A program made the position numbers and the translations under genes. A stretch of 64,000 nucleotides of DNA from Candidatus Bathyarchaeota archaeon (GTDB taxonomy: Archaea > Thermoproteota > Bathyarchaeia > Bathyarchaeales > Bathycorpusculaceae), in NCBI GenBank assembly GCA_963828195.1, contig CAWHDT010000005.1, positions 544,001 to 608,000 of the forward strand, given 5' to 3'. The notes beneath the pieces were generated by a model. It made no database searches. It was not told the origin of the DNA and saw only the letters and a program-made list of their open reading frames with translations. Positions 27,377 through 35,885 of the stretch are shown piece by piece (position 1 is the first letter of the stretch; every line of letters begins with the position of its first letter).

Positions 27377-28309
27377 TTAGCTTGTAGCTAACCCCGTTAC
27401 TTTCACTATTGCTTCTCCATACGTCACACAAGGCGAATACCTTGTACTCAACGTTACATCAACGGAATCGAATTCTTTTTTGATCTCCAAATCAGACGTC
27501 AAAGGGCGTTTTAATTCGCGGCTGCCTCAACCAGCAACCTTAACGAAAAAGCCCAATGGCGAATAGGCGGCGCTTAGGTTTTGTCCTGTGCTGATTATGT
27601 ATGCGTTTCCAGCTGGAACAACCGTGCTTGCGTGAACCCCCATTCCGAAGATTTCGCCGAGCTTTCCGTTCTGGGTTGGCGTGTCTCCGCCTGCGCCGCC
27701 GTACTGTGCCCACAGACTGAACTGTGGCAGGTACATTACGTCGCGCATGTTCACTGGATTAAGCAGAATTGTGTCAGCGATTAAGCTGTAGCCTTCAATG
27801 GTGGCTTTAGCAGCCAAAATATCTTTGCTGCCGAGCGCGTTTGCAATTGTGAACTCGGTTCCTGTTGCGCCCATGCTTTTACCCGTTGATCCGAAGCTGT
27901 TTCCTGCTGCTGAATCAATAACTGTCATGCAGTCGCTGTCAATTGTGTAAGCCATTCGCCTTGCAAGTCGTCGCAGTTGGTCTTCAATCACTGGAATGTA
28001 TAGGTCTTCGATGTTTTCTCGGCTGATGCGTTCACGCAAACCCTTCTTGTACGGCGTCACAGTGATGGTGTTGTAGGGCGTGAAATCCATCATGATTTCG
28101 CTGCCCTCCGAAACCTCACTTATCGCTGCTGAGCGACTGCCATTTTGCTTAACGAAAGTAGCGATCTTGCCAGCAACCAGCGGGAACTCTGGAAACAGTT
28201 TTTTGACAACCAAAGCGGGCATTGTTAGCTCTACGATTTTTTTGTGCAGCGATGGGTACGCTATGGCTCCTGTGCTATCCCATGAAAGTGCATCTTTAAC
28301 GAAACTCAA
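27377..28309 (-). CDS. HK97-fold major capsid protein in two exons (28309-27541 and 27513-27377), 301 aa after removal of a 27-nt BHB intron
   Basis: EVSEGSEI, YKKGLRERISRE, RRLARRMAYTID, ILLNP, GEIFGMGV. The ORF stops at 27527 but the same frame continues KRPLTSDLEIKKEFDSVDVTLSTRYSPCVTYGEAIVKVTGLATS, which looks like the terminal capsid strands. Confidence 0.88.
27514..27540 (-). other. 27-nt bulge-helix-bulge mRNA intron with in-frame UGA
   Basis: GGGC-UUUU / UCGU / UA^A / GGUUGCU-GGUUGA-GGCAGCC / GCGA / AU^U / AAAA-C-GCCC: two 3-nt bulges around a 4-bp helix, a 7-bp intron stem and an exon stem. Confidence 0.85.
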
Positions 28310-28321
28310 CTTAAATCACCT

Positions 28322-28798
28322 TTACGGAATACAAGAAAGCAAAGCGTAAATGACTTGGCCGGGCGCTGTGGAACTGGTTAATGCTCTGCCGATCCATATT
28401 TCTGCGTTGTCAAGTTGGGGTTGCATTGCGGCTTGCGTATACGCTGCGGGAGCTGTCATGACCACTACGCCTGCAACTTGTCCGTTTGCGTCGCTCGCTA
28501 TTCTTTGCCCCGCCGTGATGGCTCCTGAAGCAGTTACCAGCCCCGTTGTATTGTTGCCTGAAGCGGTTACCCTGACGAGCCCCCTGCAAATCACAGTTAC
28601 GTTTGAGCCGGCTGCGCCGCCTGTTAAAGCAACACCTATGACGCTTTTGCTTGGTCCAGCGGTTGGCTTGACGAGCGGGATGAATCCGGGGTTGCTGATG
28701 TAAACTACTTGTCCAGCAGCCACGGTTGCTCCCGTGTCAACTTGAGCAGTTATTAGGTAGCGGTCGCTAACTAGTGCAGTTGTTCCTTCTAAAGACAT
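28322..28798 (-). CDS. Capsid cement/decoration protein (DUF2190-like)
   Basis: VAAGQVVYI...VIGVAL...AAGSNVTVICRG...ITAGQRIASDANG; between scaffold and capsid genes. Confidence 0.75.
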   Translation of the reverse strand: MSLEGTTALVSDRYLITAQVDTGATVAAGQVVYISNPGFIPLVKPTAGPSKSVIGVALTGGAAGSNVTVICRGLVRVTASGNNTTGLVTASGAITAGQRIASDANGQVAGVVVMTAPAAYTQAAMQPQLDNAEIWIGRALTSSTAPGQVIYALLSCIP

Positions 28799-28809
28799 TC
28801 AAAGTCACC

Positions 28810-29925
28810 TTATTGGAATCCTGAAAGTCTCTTATGCGCTTTAAGGAGGTCTTTAAACCAGTTGTAATTGCCAAGTGCGTCCCGTTGAGCTTCGTCGACG
28901 GCTACTATGCCTCTGCCGCTTGCACGCTTAGATTCAACGTCAGATCCTTCGTCTTCCGTGTCATCTTCGCCTTCGTCTTCTGGTTGAAGCTGTTTTGAGA
29001 GCTCGCTTATTTTCTTGCTCAAGCTCCGCTTTGTGGCTTTTTTTGCAACTTCGCCTTCAAGCTCGGCTACTTTACTCTTTAAAGCTTCAACTTCAGATTC
29101 GGAAGAATTTGTCTGCGTTATCTGCTTCTCAAGCTGCTGCAGCTGATCCATGAAATCTTCGTACGTCAACTTTTTCGGCGCTGATTCTCCTGGTGCAATG
29201 TTAACTATGCCTTGTGCCTGATATGGAGAAGCACCATACTGACCATTATGTTCAGACATGTGCCTCACCTCTCCTTTGCTTTTCAGATTATTTTTGTTTT
29301 CAGGTTCTTGCGGCCTTCGCCTAGAACCCACATCATCACCTGTGTAAACAAATGACTGCGAATCGGTAACTGACTTGAGAATAGCATCCCACTGCCCCGC
29401 GTTCATGGCAGCGAAAAAACCCACGGGGGCAAACGCTGTATCCTTGTACGCTGGACTTGCGACAATGCTTAATTCCCGAACCTTCGGCTTATGGATAATT
29501 TCCCATGCGCCAGGACACAAGTGCACAAGCATGCCTTCTTTGCGCGTTGGGCGCTTGCATTTGCTGCATTCAACATCTTCGCTGTCAAGCTGAATACTCA
29601 CATGCGTCACGTAGCTGCGAAGTATTTTCTCAATCAGCTTTTCTTCCCCGACTTCAGCGCGGAAAAGAACCTGATCGCCTTCACGCTTAGCCTCAGAAAC
29701 TTTCCCCACAACCATCAACGCACTCTCCGCATGATCCACACGCAACTGAGCACCAGCAAGGCTTGAAGCGACAAAATCCAAGTCTTCACTTGGAACCTGC
29801 CACTTATTCGCGTTAACACTCGTGTCGATGGCTACACCCTCGATGTTCACGAGTTTCTCGTGCAGCGCGTACTGAGCGCTCACGCCTTCCTGAGCCTTAA
29901 AAGGCACAAAATAACGTAGTTGCAT
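28810..29925 (-). CDS. Prohead maturation protease fused to a scaffold domain
   Basis: IEGVAID...LRVDH...VVGKV...HVSI...RELSIVASPAY (HK97-type protease), then an acidic coiled coil; internal SD GGAGAGGTGA plus ATG at 29259. Confidence 0.85.
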   Translation of the reverse strand: MQLRYFVPFKAQEGVSAQYALHEKLVNIEGVAIDTSVNANKWQVPSEDLDFVASSLAGAQLRVDHAESALMVVGKVSEAKREGDQVLFRAEVGEEKLIEKILRSYVTHVSIQLDSEDVECSKCKRPTRKEGMLVHLCPGAWEIIHKPKVRELSIVASPAYKDTAFAPVGFFAAMNAGQWDAILKSVTDSQSFVYTGDDVGSRRRPQEPENKNNLKSKGEVRHMSEHNGQYGASPYQAQGIVNIAPGESAPKKLTYEDFMDQLQQLEKQITQTNSSESEVEALKSKVAELEGEVAKKATKRSLSKKISELSKQLQPEDEGEDDTEDEGSDVESKRASGRGIVAVDEAQRDALGNYNWFKDLLKAHKRLSGFQ

Positions 29926-29960
29926 TTTTCAAAAATCACCTATTACCATAATTTATGCTG

Positions 29961-30272
29961 TTACTCGACGTTTGAGATTTTCATATAGGCATTGACAAAT
30001 CGGCGGCGCCATTCATCCCAGGCGCGGAAGTCAAGCAGCGTCCGGATTTCCGCTTTCAAATGCTGGTCAAGCCATTTCCGCACCGACTCCGCATCTTTGA
30101 AGGCTCCTTTCTCGAACATGTAATTTTGGATTTCCCAGCGGGCTGAGCCACGGATTTTTCCAAGCGTCACCTTGACGCCGCTGCCAAGTTCTTTAACGCG
30201 GAATTTTTCAAACTTCTCTGGGTCAGCCACACGGTAGCGCCAAACCGTCGTTCCCTCTTCTAGCCCCGGCAT
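29961..30272 (-). CDS. Viral hypothetical protein
   Basis: 103 aa, WRYRVADPEKF, directly after the portal gene. Confidence 0.7.
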   Translation of the reverse strand: MPGLEEGTTVWRYRVADPEKFEKFRVKELGSGVKVTLGKIRGSARWEIQNYMFEKGAFKDAESVRKWLDQHLKAEIRTLLDFRAWDEWRRRFVNAYMKISNVE

Positions 30273-30273
30273 G

Positions 30274-31671
30274 TTATTCTCCTCGCTCTTGTCCTTGGTT
30301 TATCTGTTCCATGACACCTTTCACGGTTTGCTCCACAATTTTCTGACCTTCACTTTTGGGTTTAGGCTTAAGCGTTGGCAACCCTTGGTCCTTTGGTTCT
30401 GCTGGGTACCCGAGTTGCATGCGGGCTTCGGCGATGCTTATTATGCCGTTTTGCACCAGGTCGCTGATGTACTTGGCTTTATCCTCTATGGGGGCTTCCC
30501 AAATTGGCCGCCACGTGATCTTGGGAATTTCAAAGCCCACACCAAACGCGTGTTCTATTAGCTGTTTAAACAGGACAGTTTCCAATATGTCACCGATGAT
30601 CTCCTGCATCATCCGCAACCGGGTAACGTACTCCTGCATGCATATTTCAGCCGTAGCGCGGTTGGTGCTTTCGCTTTCTCCAAGAAAAATCTTCGGCACC
30701 CCAAGGACCGCTTCCCGCTGCTTGTAGAGGTAGTCAAGCCAGAACTGGATGTTCACGTCTTTGGTTAGGCTTGGAATGACGTCAACGGCGACGTCGCCGC
30801 GCACAAACACGTCGGTGGCTGGTTTGCGGGTGCTGAAAGCCTCCATAAGCGACTGCAACTGGGCATCGCTGAATGGTCTCTCGGGCGTGCCTGCTTTCAC
30901 AACAAGCATCGGCTTAGTATAAGTGTGGCAGATAACGGAGAGGTCATCTTCAAGTTGATCCAGCAGCGCCTGAACCTTAAGCAGCGGCCTAAGCAGGCTT
31001 GTGCCGTAGCTGCTCTCATACCACCAGCTTTTCGCGCCCCAGCGAAAATGCACCATATCCTGAGCAGCAAAAACAACCGGCGGCACAGTGAGAAGCTGAA
31101 TGTACCCGAAAATGTCTCCGTACTCGTTATGGCGTACGCGCATGTGGACGGGGTCAAGAGGCTTAAGCCATGTAACCTCGCCGTTGGTTTCGTCTCGGCA
31201 GATTTCTAAGAAAGCGTTTCCGAACACAAGCATGTCCGACGCAACGATGCGCAGGGTTTGCAGGATGTTTTGTTCGTCAAGCCAATCCGTGAGCCACCCG
31301 CGAACGTTGTCGGTTCCGCCGTTTAGCTCGAAACCGTTGCTTATGGCGAGGTTAACGGTGACATCGACCGCCGCCTTGATGTACGGAGTAAACGTGTACA
31401 GATCCTTGTACTTGGGCAGGTCCTCGATTGGCGTTGCGCCCCAGATGCGATCCATGTAGGCCGTGTAGGGCGGCGTAACGAAGCCTGCGCCTGAACCTTT
31501 AAGCATGTACCGTGAAACGTAGCCGTAGAGCATGTCATCTTTCTTCCAGCTAAGAGGCACCTCCTCCTCAATCTGGCGCCTGCTAACGTCCTGCGGAACA
31601 TCCCGTTCAGCAGAAAACCTGCTCTTTACGGTTTGGAAGCTTTTGCGGATTTTTTGTGAGACAAAACTCAT
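30274..31671 (-). CDS. Portal protein
   Basis: DMLVFGNAFLEI, LKPLDP, MVHFR, YGTSLL, VLGVPKIFLG, NRATA, GIISIAEARMQLG. Confidence 0.93.
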   Translation of the reverse strand: MSFVSQKIRKSFQTVKSRFSAERDVPQDVSRRQIEEEVPLSWKKDDMLYGYVSRYMLKGSGAGFVTPPYTAYMDRIWGATPIEDLPKYKDLYTFTPYIKAAVDVTVNLAISNGFELNGGTDNVRGWLTDWLDEQNILQTLRIVASDMLVFGNAFLEICRDETNGEVTWLKPLDPVHMRVRHNEYGDIFGYIQLLTVPPVVFAAQDMVHFRWGAKSWWYESSYGTSLLRPLLKVQALLDQLEDDLSVICHTYTKPMLVVKAGTPERPFSDAQLQSLMEAFSTRKPATDVFVRGDVAVDVIPSLTKDVNIQFWLDYLYKQREAVLGVPKIFLGESESTNRATAEICMQEYVTRLRMMQEIIGDILETVLFKQLIEHAFGVGFEIPKITWRPIWEAPIEDKAKYISDLVQNGIISIAEARMQLGYPAEPKDQGLPTLKPKPKSEGQKIVEQTVKGVMEQINQGQERGE

Positions 31672-31727
31672 TTTTTACTACACCTTAAGTAATATTATTT
31701 TTTGATAAGATTTTGTTTCAACGTTAC

Positions 31728-32366
31728 TCAGCCTGTAAGATTTGGGGAAGATGGGGAGCTGCATTCAAGGTTAAGTCTTTGGGCAGACATGTTCAGAACG
31801 GGTTGCTTGCAAGCAATGCGGGTAATGTCTGCTTGCCTGCTCCACCGTACCTCAACACGTTTGCTCATGTCTCGCAGAAGAATAGCCTGGTACTCTTTGA
31901 CCTGAAATCCAAAAAATTCTTGCGCGAAAAGTACTGGATCTTCAGGCACAATTATGCTCAGGAGAGCTGTTTCAGGTGCCTTCTGACTTTCTTGGTGACC
32001 TCTATCAGCATCCGCCGAAGCCGTGACCGCTGACTTTGTTTTATTTAGCATCGCCTCAAGTTTGTCTAAGTCGTGGTCTATTTGGCGTTCGTCGATTCCT
32101 TTTACCATGCTGTTAATGATTTGTGCCGTGTAAGCGGCGATTCTTGCGTAGTGCTGACGTTCGGCTATGGTTAGAGGGCGCTGTTTTCCTGTCTCGTCAA
32201 CTACGCGCTGGATTTTTCCGCGTGCATAGTTGCTTGCAATGTCAAAGAGGTCTTCCAGCTGGATTATGAGCCGTTGGCGGGTACGCTGAGTATCAACATG
32301 CAAGATGCGACGCATTTTGTTTAGTCGAACGTTAGCTCGCCTATCAAGACTTAACCTGCAGGGCAA
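31728..32366 (-). pseudogene. Putative small terminase fused in frame to a dead N-terminal stub of the large terminase
   Basis: Helical N-terminal ~110 aa, then PEDPVLFAQEFFGFQVKEYQAILLRDMSKRVEVRWSRQA (TerL Q-motif and start of Walker A) with GKT replaced by DIT; the rest of TerL is missing before the portal gene. Confidence 0.7.
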
Positions 32367-32444
32367 ACGCTTTCACCAACCGACCTATAGAGGACCCTAC
32401 TATTTGTGCAAAAACCAGCCAAAAAAAGCAAACAACCCAAACCC

Positions 32445-32663
32445 TCACTGCAAACTGCCTGTACCCCGCGGATCAAGCAGAACTTCGCCTTTTTCTATGT
32501 CGGGGATAAGGTAGACTTCTACGGGTTCGTTTAGCTGCGCCATCACGTCTATGCGGGTCATCTTGGAGATTGTTTCGCTTAGGTTGCGGTCGTAGAAGCT
32601 GCCGCGCAAGATTATGCCGCGGATTTTGCGTTCTTGGAGTTTTCTGGAGTTTCTTTTGTGCAT
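32445..32663 (-). CDS. Viral hypothetical protein
   Basis: 72 aa, co-directional and upstream of the packaging genes. Confidence 0.5.
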   Translation of the reverse strand: MHKRNSRKLQERKIRGIILRGSFYDRNLSETISKMTRIDVMAQLNEPVEVYLIPDIEKGEVLLDPRGTGSLQ

Positions 32664-32725
32664 AGAACCATCTCAACGCCACTCAAAGGCGGCTAAAGGA
32701 AGCGACACAGATTTGACAGACCGGG

Positions 32726-32959
32726 TTAGTTCTTTTTGAGAGTTGCCAAGTAGGTTCGGACTGCTTCTTTAACGAATTCTGATCGTGAAGTGTAGCTGAG
32801 GTTTGGGTTTTTTCTGATGCGGTCGATTTCGGCTGCGAGTTCTCTTGGCAGCTTAATTGTGATCCAGTCGGAGGCTGTCATTGTTGTGTCACTGTTGACA
32901 CATACGTGTCGTGGGTAATATTTAGGCGTTGCCAACACCAACCGCTCAATCGTAAACAA
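32726..32959 (-). CDS. Ribbon-helix-helix (CopG-like) regulator; likely start MTASD near 32882
   Basis: WITIKLPRELAAEID...YTSRSEFVKEAVR. Confidence 0.75.
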   Translation of the reverse strand: MFTIERLVLATPKYYPRHVCVNSDTTMTASDWITIKLPRELAAEIDRIRKNPNLSYTSRSEFVKEAVRTYLATLKKN

Positions 32960-33030
32960 CAGGCACAGGAAAGCCTCAAGCGGTTTACACAGTTAAGTTT
33001 AAATCTACGTTACTCACAAATGATTCACAA

Positions 33031-33450
33031 GTGACATCCATGTCATCTGAAGAAACTAATTCTGACGAATACACCACCGTAAGATTGCCAAAGGAAATAA
33101 TGGATGAAATAGACCAAATCATCAGGCGCGGAACAAGAGGATACAAAAGCAGAGCCGAATTCATAAAAGAAGCCATACGAAAAAGGTTTGATGAGCTAAA
33201 CACTGCACAGCCCACCCCGAGGCTGCCCGCTTTAGAGCACTTCAACGTTAATGAAGAAGGAGTCAGGATTCTCGACAGAACCTTATCCAGCAAAACCTCA
33301 ACAGGAAGAATAATAGATGTTTACTTCAAACCCGACAACGTCTGGTGCGATTACTGTCAATCAAAAAGCTGCCGCCACATCGAATTCGCCCTGGAGCTCC
33401 CAGCGGTACAGGAAATCCTAAACAAGAAAGGCTGGACCCTAAAACCGTAA
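33031..33450 (+). CDS. RHH regulator with C-terminal SWIM-like Zn finger
   Basis: TTVRLPKEIMDEID...YKSRAEFIKEAIR; WCDYCQSKSCRH. Confidence 0.8.
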   Translation: MTSMSSEETNSDEYTTVRLPKEIMDEIDQIIRRGTRGYKSRAEFIKEAIRKRFDELNTAQPTPRLPALEHFNVNEEGVRILDRTLSSKTSTGRIIDVYFKPDNVWCDYCQSKSCRHIEFALELPAVQEILNKKGWTLKP

Positions 33451-33589
33451 AACCAGCAAAACGACAAACAAAATGTTCCAATCAAAAAACGAAACTTTTT
33501 CCGTAAGCACAGGAAGAAAAAACTCTGGAGTCAAAACAATCCAGATTAAACTAAAAATGCAAGTTAAGGCTAACTTGTTTTAAGCCAGC

Positions 33590-35002
33590 CTAATCTCCAA
33601 GTATTCTTCTGAACGCAGGATACATTTCCGCTGCTCTTTCCTGCATCAACAACTCATAATACTGGTAAATGATGCCTACTGACAGCAATATGCCTGTGCC
33701 CGTGCCGAATGCGCCTAGGAAGTCTGCGGTGGCAGCTACGAGCCCAACGATGATTCCGCCTAGAACCGTGACGATTGGAATATATCGTTTAAGGACAGCT
33801 TCGATAGGTCTTCCTGATCTGCGGTATCCTGGAATCTGCATGCCTGAATCCATAAGTTGCTTCGCTACTTTTGAGGGTCCTAAACCGCCTACTTCAAGCC
33901 AAATAAGGGAGAAAACTGCGCAGAAAGCGACTAGGGCGCCTAAGTAAAATGCTGCTCTTAACGGGTCTGCTCCGACTTGCAGAATGTTAGCTGGAGCAGT
34001 CAAGAGATATGCGAGCCCGCTGATAGGCTGGACTGTGCCGGAGCTGGTTACGTTAAATTGACCTATTATCTGGAATAGGAGACTGTGTCCAGGAGCTGGA
34101 CGCCCCTGAGTTCCCCAGAGCAGTTGTGAAAAGAAGTAAACGTTCGCAAATAGTGCTGACGCAAATATAACTGGAAGGTTAGAAACGTACAGCAGTTTAA
34201 TTGGGTATCTGCTTCTGAAGCCTTTGTATCCTGCATAACTCATCGGAAGCTCTATTCTGATGCCGTTCAAGTAAATGACCACTAAAAAGACCCCGATGGT
34301 GGCGAAAAATCCGAGTAAAGATGGGTAAACCCCGCTGACTTGACCAAACGCCCATTGCAGAAGCGTTTGCCCTTTACTTAAGTAAGCCGAAAGGGAACCT
34401 ACAAACAACCCGGTGGTGGGCGAAAAGGTATCCCAGAGAACGCTTTGGGCAACGCCGGCCATGATGAACAAGCTGATTCCGCTGCCGAGGCCCCAGCCTT
34501 TTTGGACAAGTTCATCCATTAACATGACAATTATGCCTGCGAAGATAAGTTCGAGAAAAATCACTAGTGTTGCGCTTCCGGTGATTGCGCCGAACATGCC
34601 GCTTATTAGGTATGCGGCAGCTTGGATTCCGGTGAGAAGAATCGTGAAGACTTTGCTTGCAGAAGTGAATAAGCCTCGGTCTTCAGCGTTTGACATGTCA
34701 CATTCGATAATGGAGGATCCTGCAAGCAACTGCAAGATTAAGCCGGCTGTGACGATGGGTCCGATTCCCAACTGCATTAAGGTTCCGCTGTTTGAAGCGA
34801 AAATGACTCTTAATGAACTAAACTGGCTTTCCGCCGCTGAGGAAACTCCGTAAAGCGGGATTTGAGCCATGACAAGATAAATGATTAAGACAAGCCCTGT
34901 CCAGAAGATTTTCTCGTTAAAACTTACTTTTCTTTCCGGTTTTTTGATTTCAGGTAAGACTCTTCCTAATGGTTTGAAGAGGCTTAGGAATCTTCCGGGC
35001 AT
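33590..35002 (-). CDS. secY: Protein translocase subunit SecY
   Basis: LGIGPIVTA, KGWGLGSGISLFI, YPIKLLYVSNLPVI, GMQIPGYR, GTGILLSVGI. Confidence 0.98.
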   Translation of the reverse strand: MPGRFLSLFKPLGRVLPEIKKPERKVSFNEKIFWTGLVLIIYLVMAQIPLYGVSSAAESQFSSLRVIFASNSGTLMQLGIGPIVTAGLILQLLAGSSIIECDMSNAEDRGLFTSASKVFTILLTGIQAAAYLISGMFGAITGSATLVIFLELIFAGIIVMLMDELVQKGWGLGSGISLFIMAGVAQSVLWDTFSPTTGLFVGSLSAYLSKGQTLLQWAFGQVSGVYPSLLGFFATIGVFLVVIYLNGIRIELPMSYAGYKGFRSRYPIKLLYVSNLPVIFASALFANVYFFSQLLWGTQGRPAPGHSLLFQIIGQFNVTSSGTVQPISGLAYLLTAPANILQVGADPLRAAFYLGALVAFCAVFSLIWLEVGGLGPSKVAKQLMDSGMQIPGYRRSGRPIEAVLKRYIPIVTVLGGIIVGLVAATADFLGAFGTGTGILLSVGIIYQYYELLMQERAAEMYPAFRRILGD

Positions 35003-35011
35003 TTAGCAGCT

Positions 35012-35437
35012 TTACTCTCCGTTGACTGGGGAGCCTACGATTTCTCCGCCTGCCTTCTTGATTTTCTCAGCTGCCGATTTTGAGTATGAAGCGACTTGCA
35101 CGATTAAAGGTTTTGTAACTTTGCCTGTGCCTAAAAGTTTTGTGTAGCCAAGTGAGGTCAGGTTAATTCGGGGTTTTTCTTCCTGAGTGGTCTGCATTAT
35201 TTCTTCGAGTTTTCTGAGGTTAATTGCGTTTACGTAGGTGTGAAGGCTTTGAGGTGAGGTGAAGCCGTTTTTACCGAAGTAGCCGGGTTCTTTTGTTACA
35301 ACTAAGCTCCACAGGTGCTTGTGTCGCCCAACTTTTCGGTGCCCTTTCGAGCCTGAGTCTCGGTGTTGGCCTATTCTTCCGTAACCTTGTGTTCTTGAGC
35401 CTCTAAATTTCCTTATTTTTCTAAGTTTATGCGGCAT
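35012..35437 (-). CDS. rpl15: 50S ribosomal protein uL15
   Basis: RKFRGSRTQGYG, YFGKNGF, KLLGTG, SAAEKIKKAGG. Confidence 0.97.
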   Translation of the reverse strand: MPHKLRKIRKFRGSRTQGYGRIGQHRDSGSKGHRKVGRHKHLWSLVVTKEPGYFGKNGFTSPQSLHTYVNAINLRKLEEIMQTTQEEKPRINLTSLGYTKLLGTGKVTKPLIVQVASYSKSAAEKIKKAGGEIVGSPVNGE

Positions 35438-35885
35438 TTTGATCAGCCTCTTTATTTATTGCGGTTTCAGCTTTTTTAAGCCTGATTTCCAGCACACCAT
35501 TCTTGAATTTGGTGTACATAATGTCTGGAATCACTACCTTCGGAAGATTTAAACTTTTATAGTATCGGCGGTCTTTTGATTTGGCTGAGAGGATGATTTT
35601 TTGGTTTTTCACGTGGATTTTTAATGTGTCTTTGTTGAAGCCTGCGATTTCCGCCACGATCGTTATGAAGTTGTTTTCTTGGAAAATATCTATCAGGGGT
35701 TTTGGCTCTTGGAAGTTGCGTTCTGCGAATTTTTTGGATGGTCGAAAGTTGGGGTGAACAGATTTTGATTTTAAGCGGTAAGCATGCTCCGGCTGAATTA
35801 CCCGCTGTTTTCTGCACTTTTGGCTTTCCCCTTTAAAACGCAGCCATTCACGGTTCTTCGTACTTCTTCGCCATTTTGCGCTCAG
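35427..35885 (-). CDS. Hsp20/alpha-crystallin-domain protein, probable CTG start
   Basis: EPKPLIDIF...VAEIAGF...YYKSLNLP...FKNGVLEIRL; frame open upstream to CTG at 35885, preceded by GAGGGGG. Confidence 0.75.
   Translation of the reverse strand: MSAKWRRSTKNREWLRFKGESQKCRKQRVIQPEHAYRLKSKSVHPNFRPSKKFAERNFQEPKPLIDIFQENNFITIVAEIAGFNKDTLKIHVKNQKIILSAKSKDRRYYKSLNLPKVVIPDIMYTKFKNGVLEIRLKKAETAINKEADQNAA

Larger units (their letters stand above)
9397..33450 (-). mobile_element. Defective or domesticated head-tail (siphovirus-like) provirus between secY and DUF106
   Basis: Co-directional portal, protease/scaffold, capsid, adaptor, tail tube, chaperone, tape measure and tail tip genes. No integrase or replication gene seen and TerL is truncated. 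Boundaries approximate; no convincing att pair found. Confidence 0.9.

Noticed and set aside
27527-27529. UGA in the capsid gene read as selenocysteine or simple readthrough
   Set aside because: Readthrough would insert nine extra residues into a probable core strand and would not explain the exact BHB geometry or why canonical cut sites restore the frame; no SECIS-like element was recognised.
28520-28585. 33-nt extra segment in the cement gene (VTASG...VTASG) as a second intron
   Set aside because: It is an in-frame tandem duplication without a stop or BHB fold.
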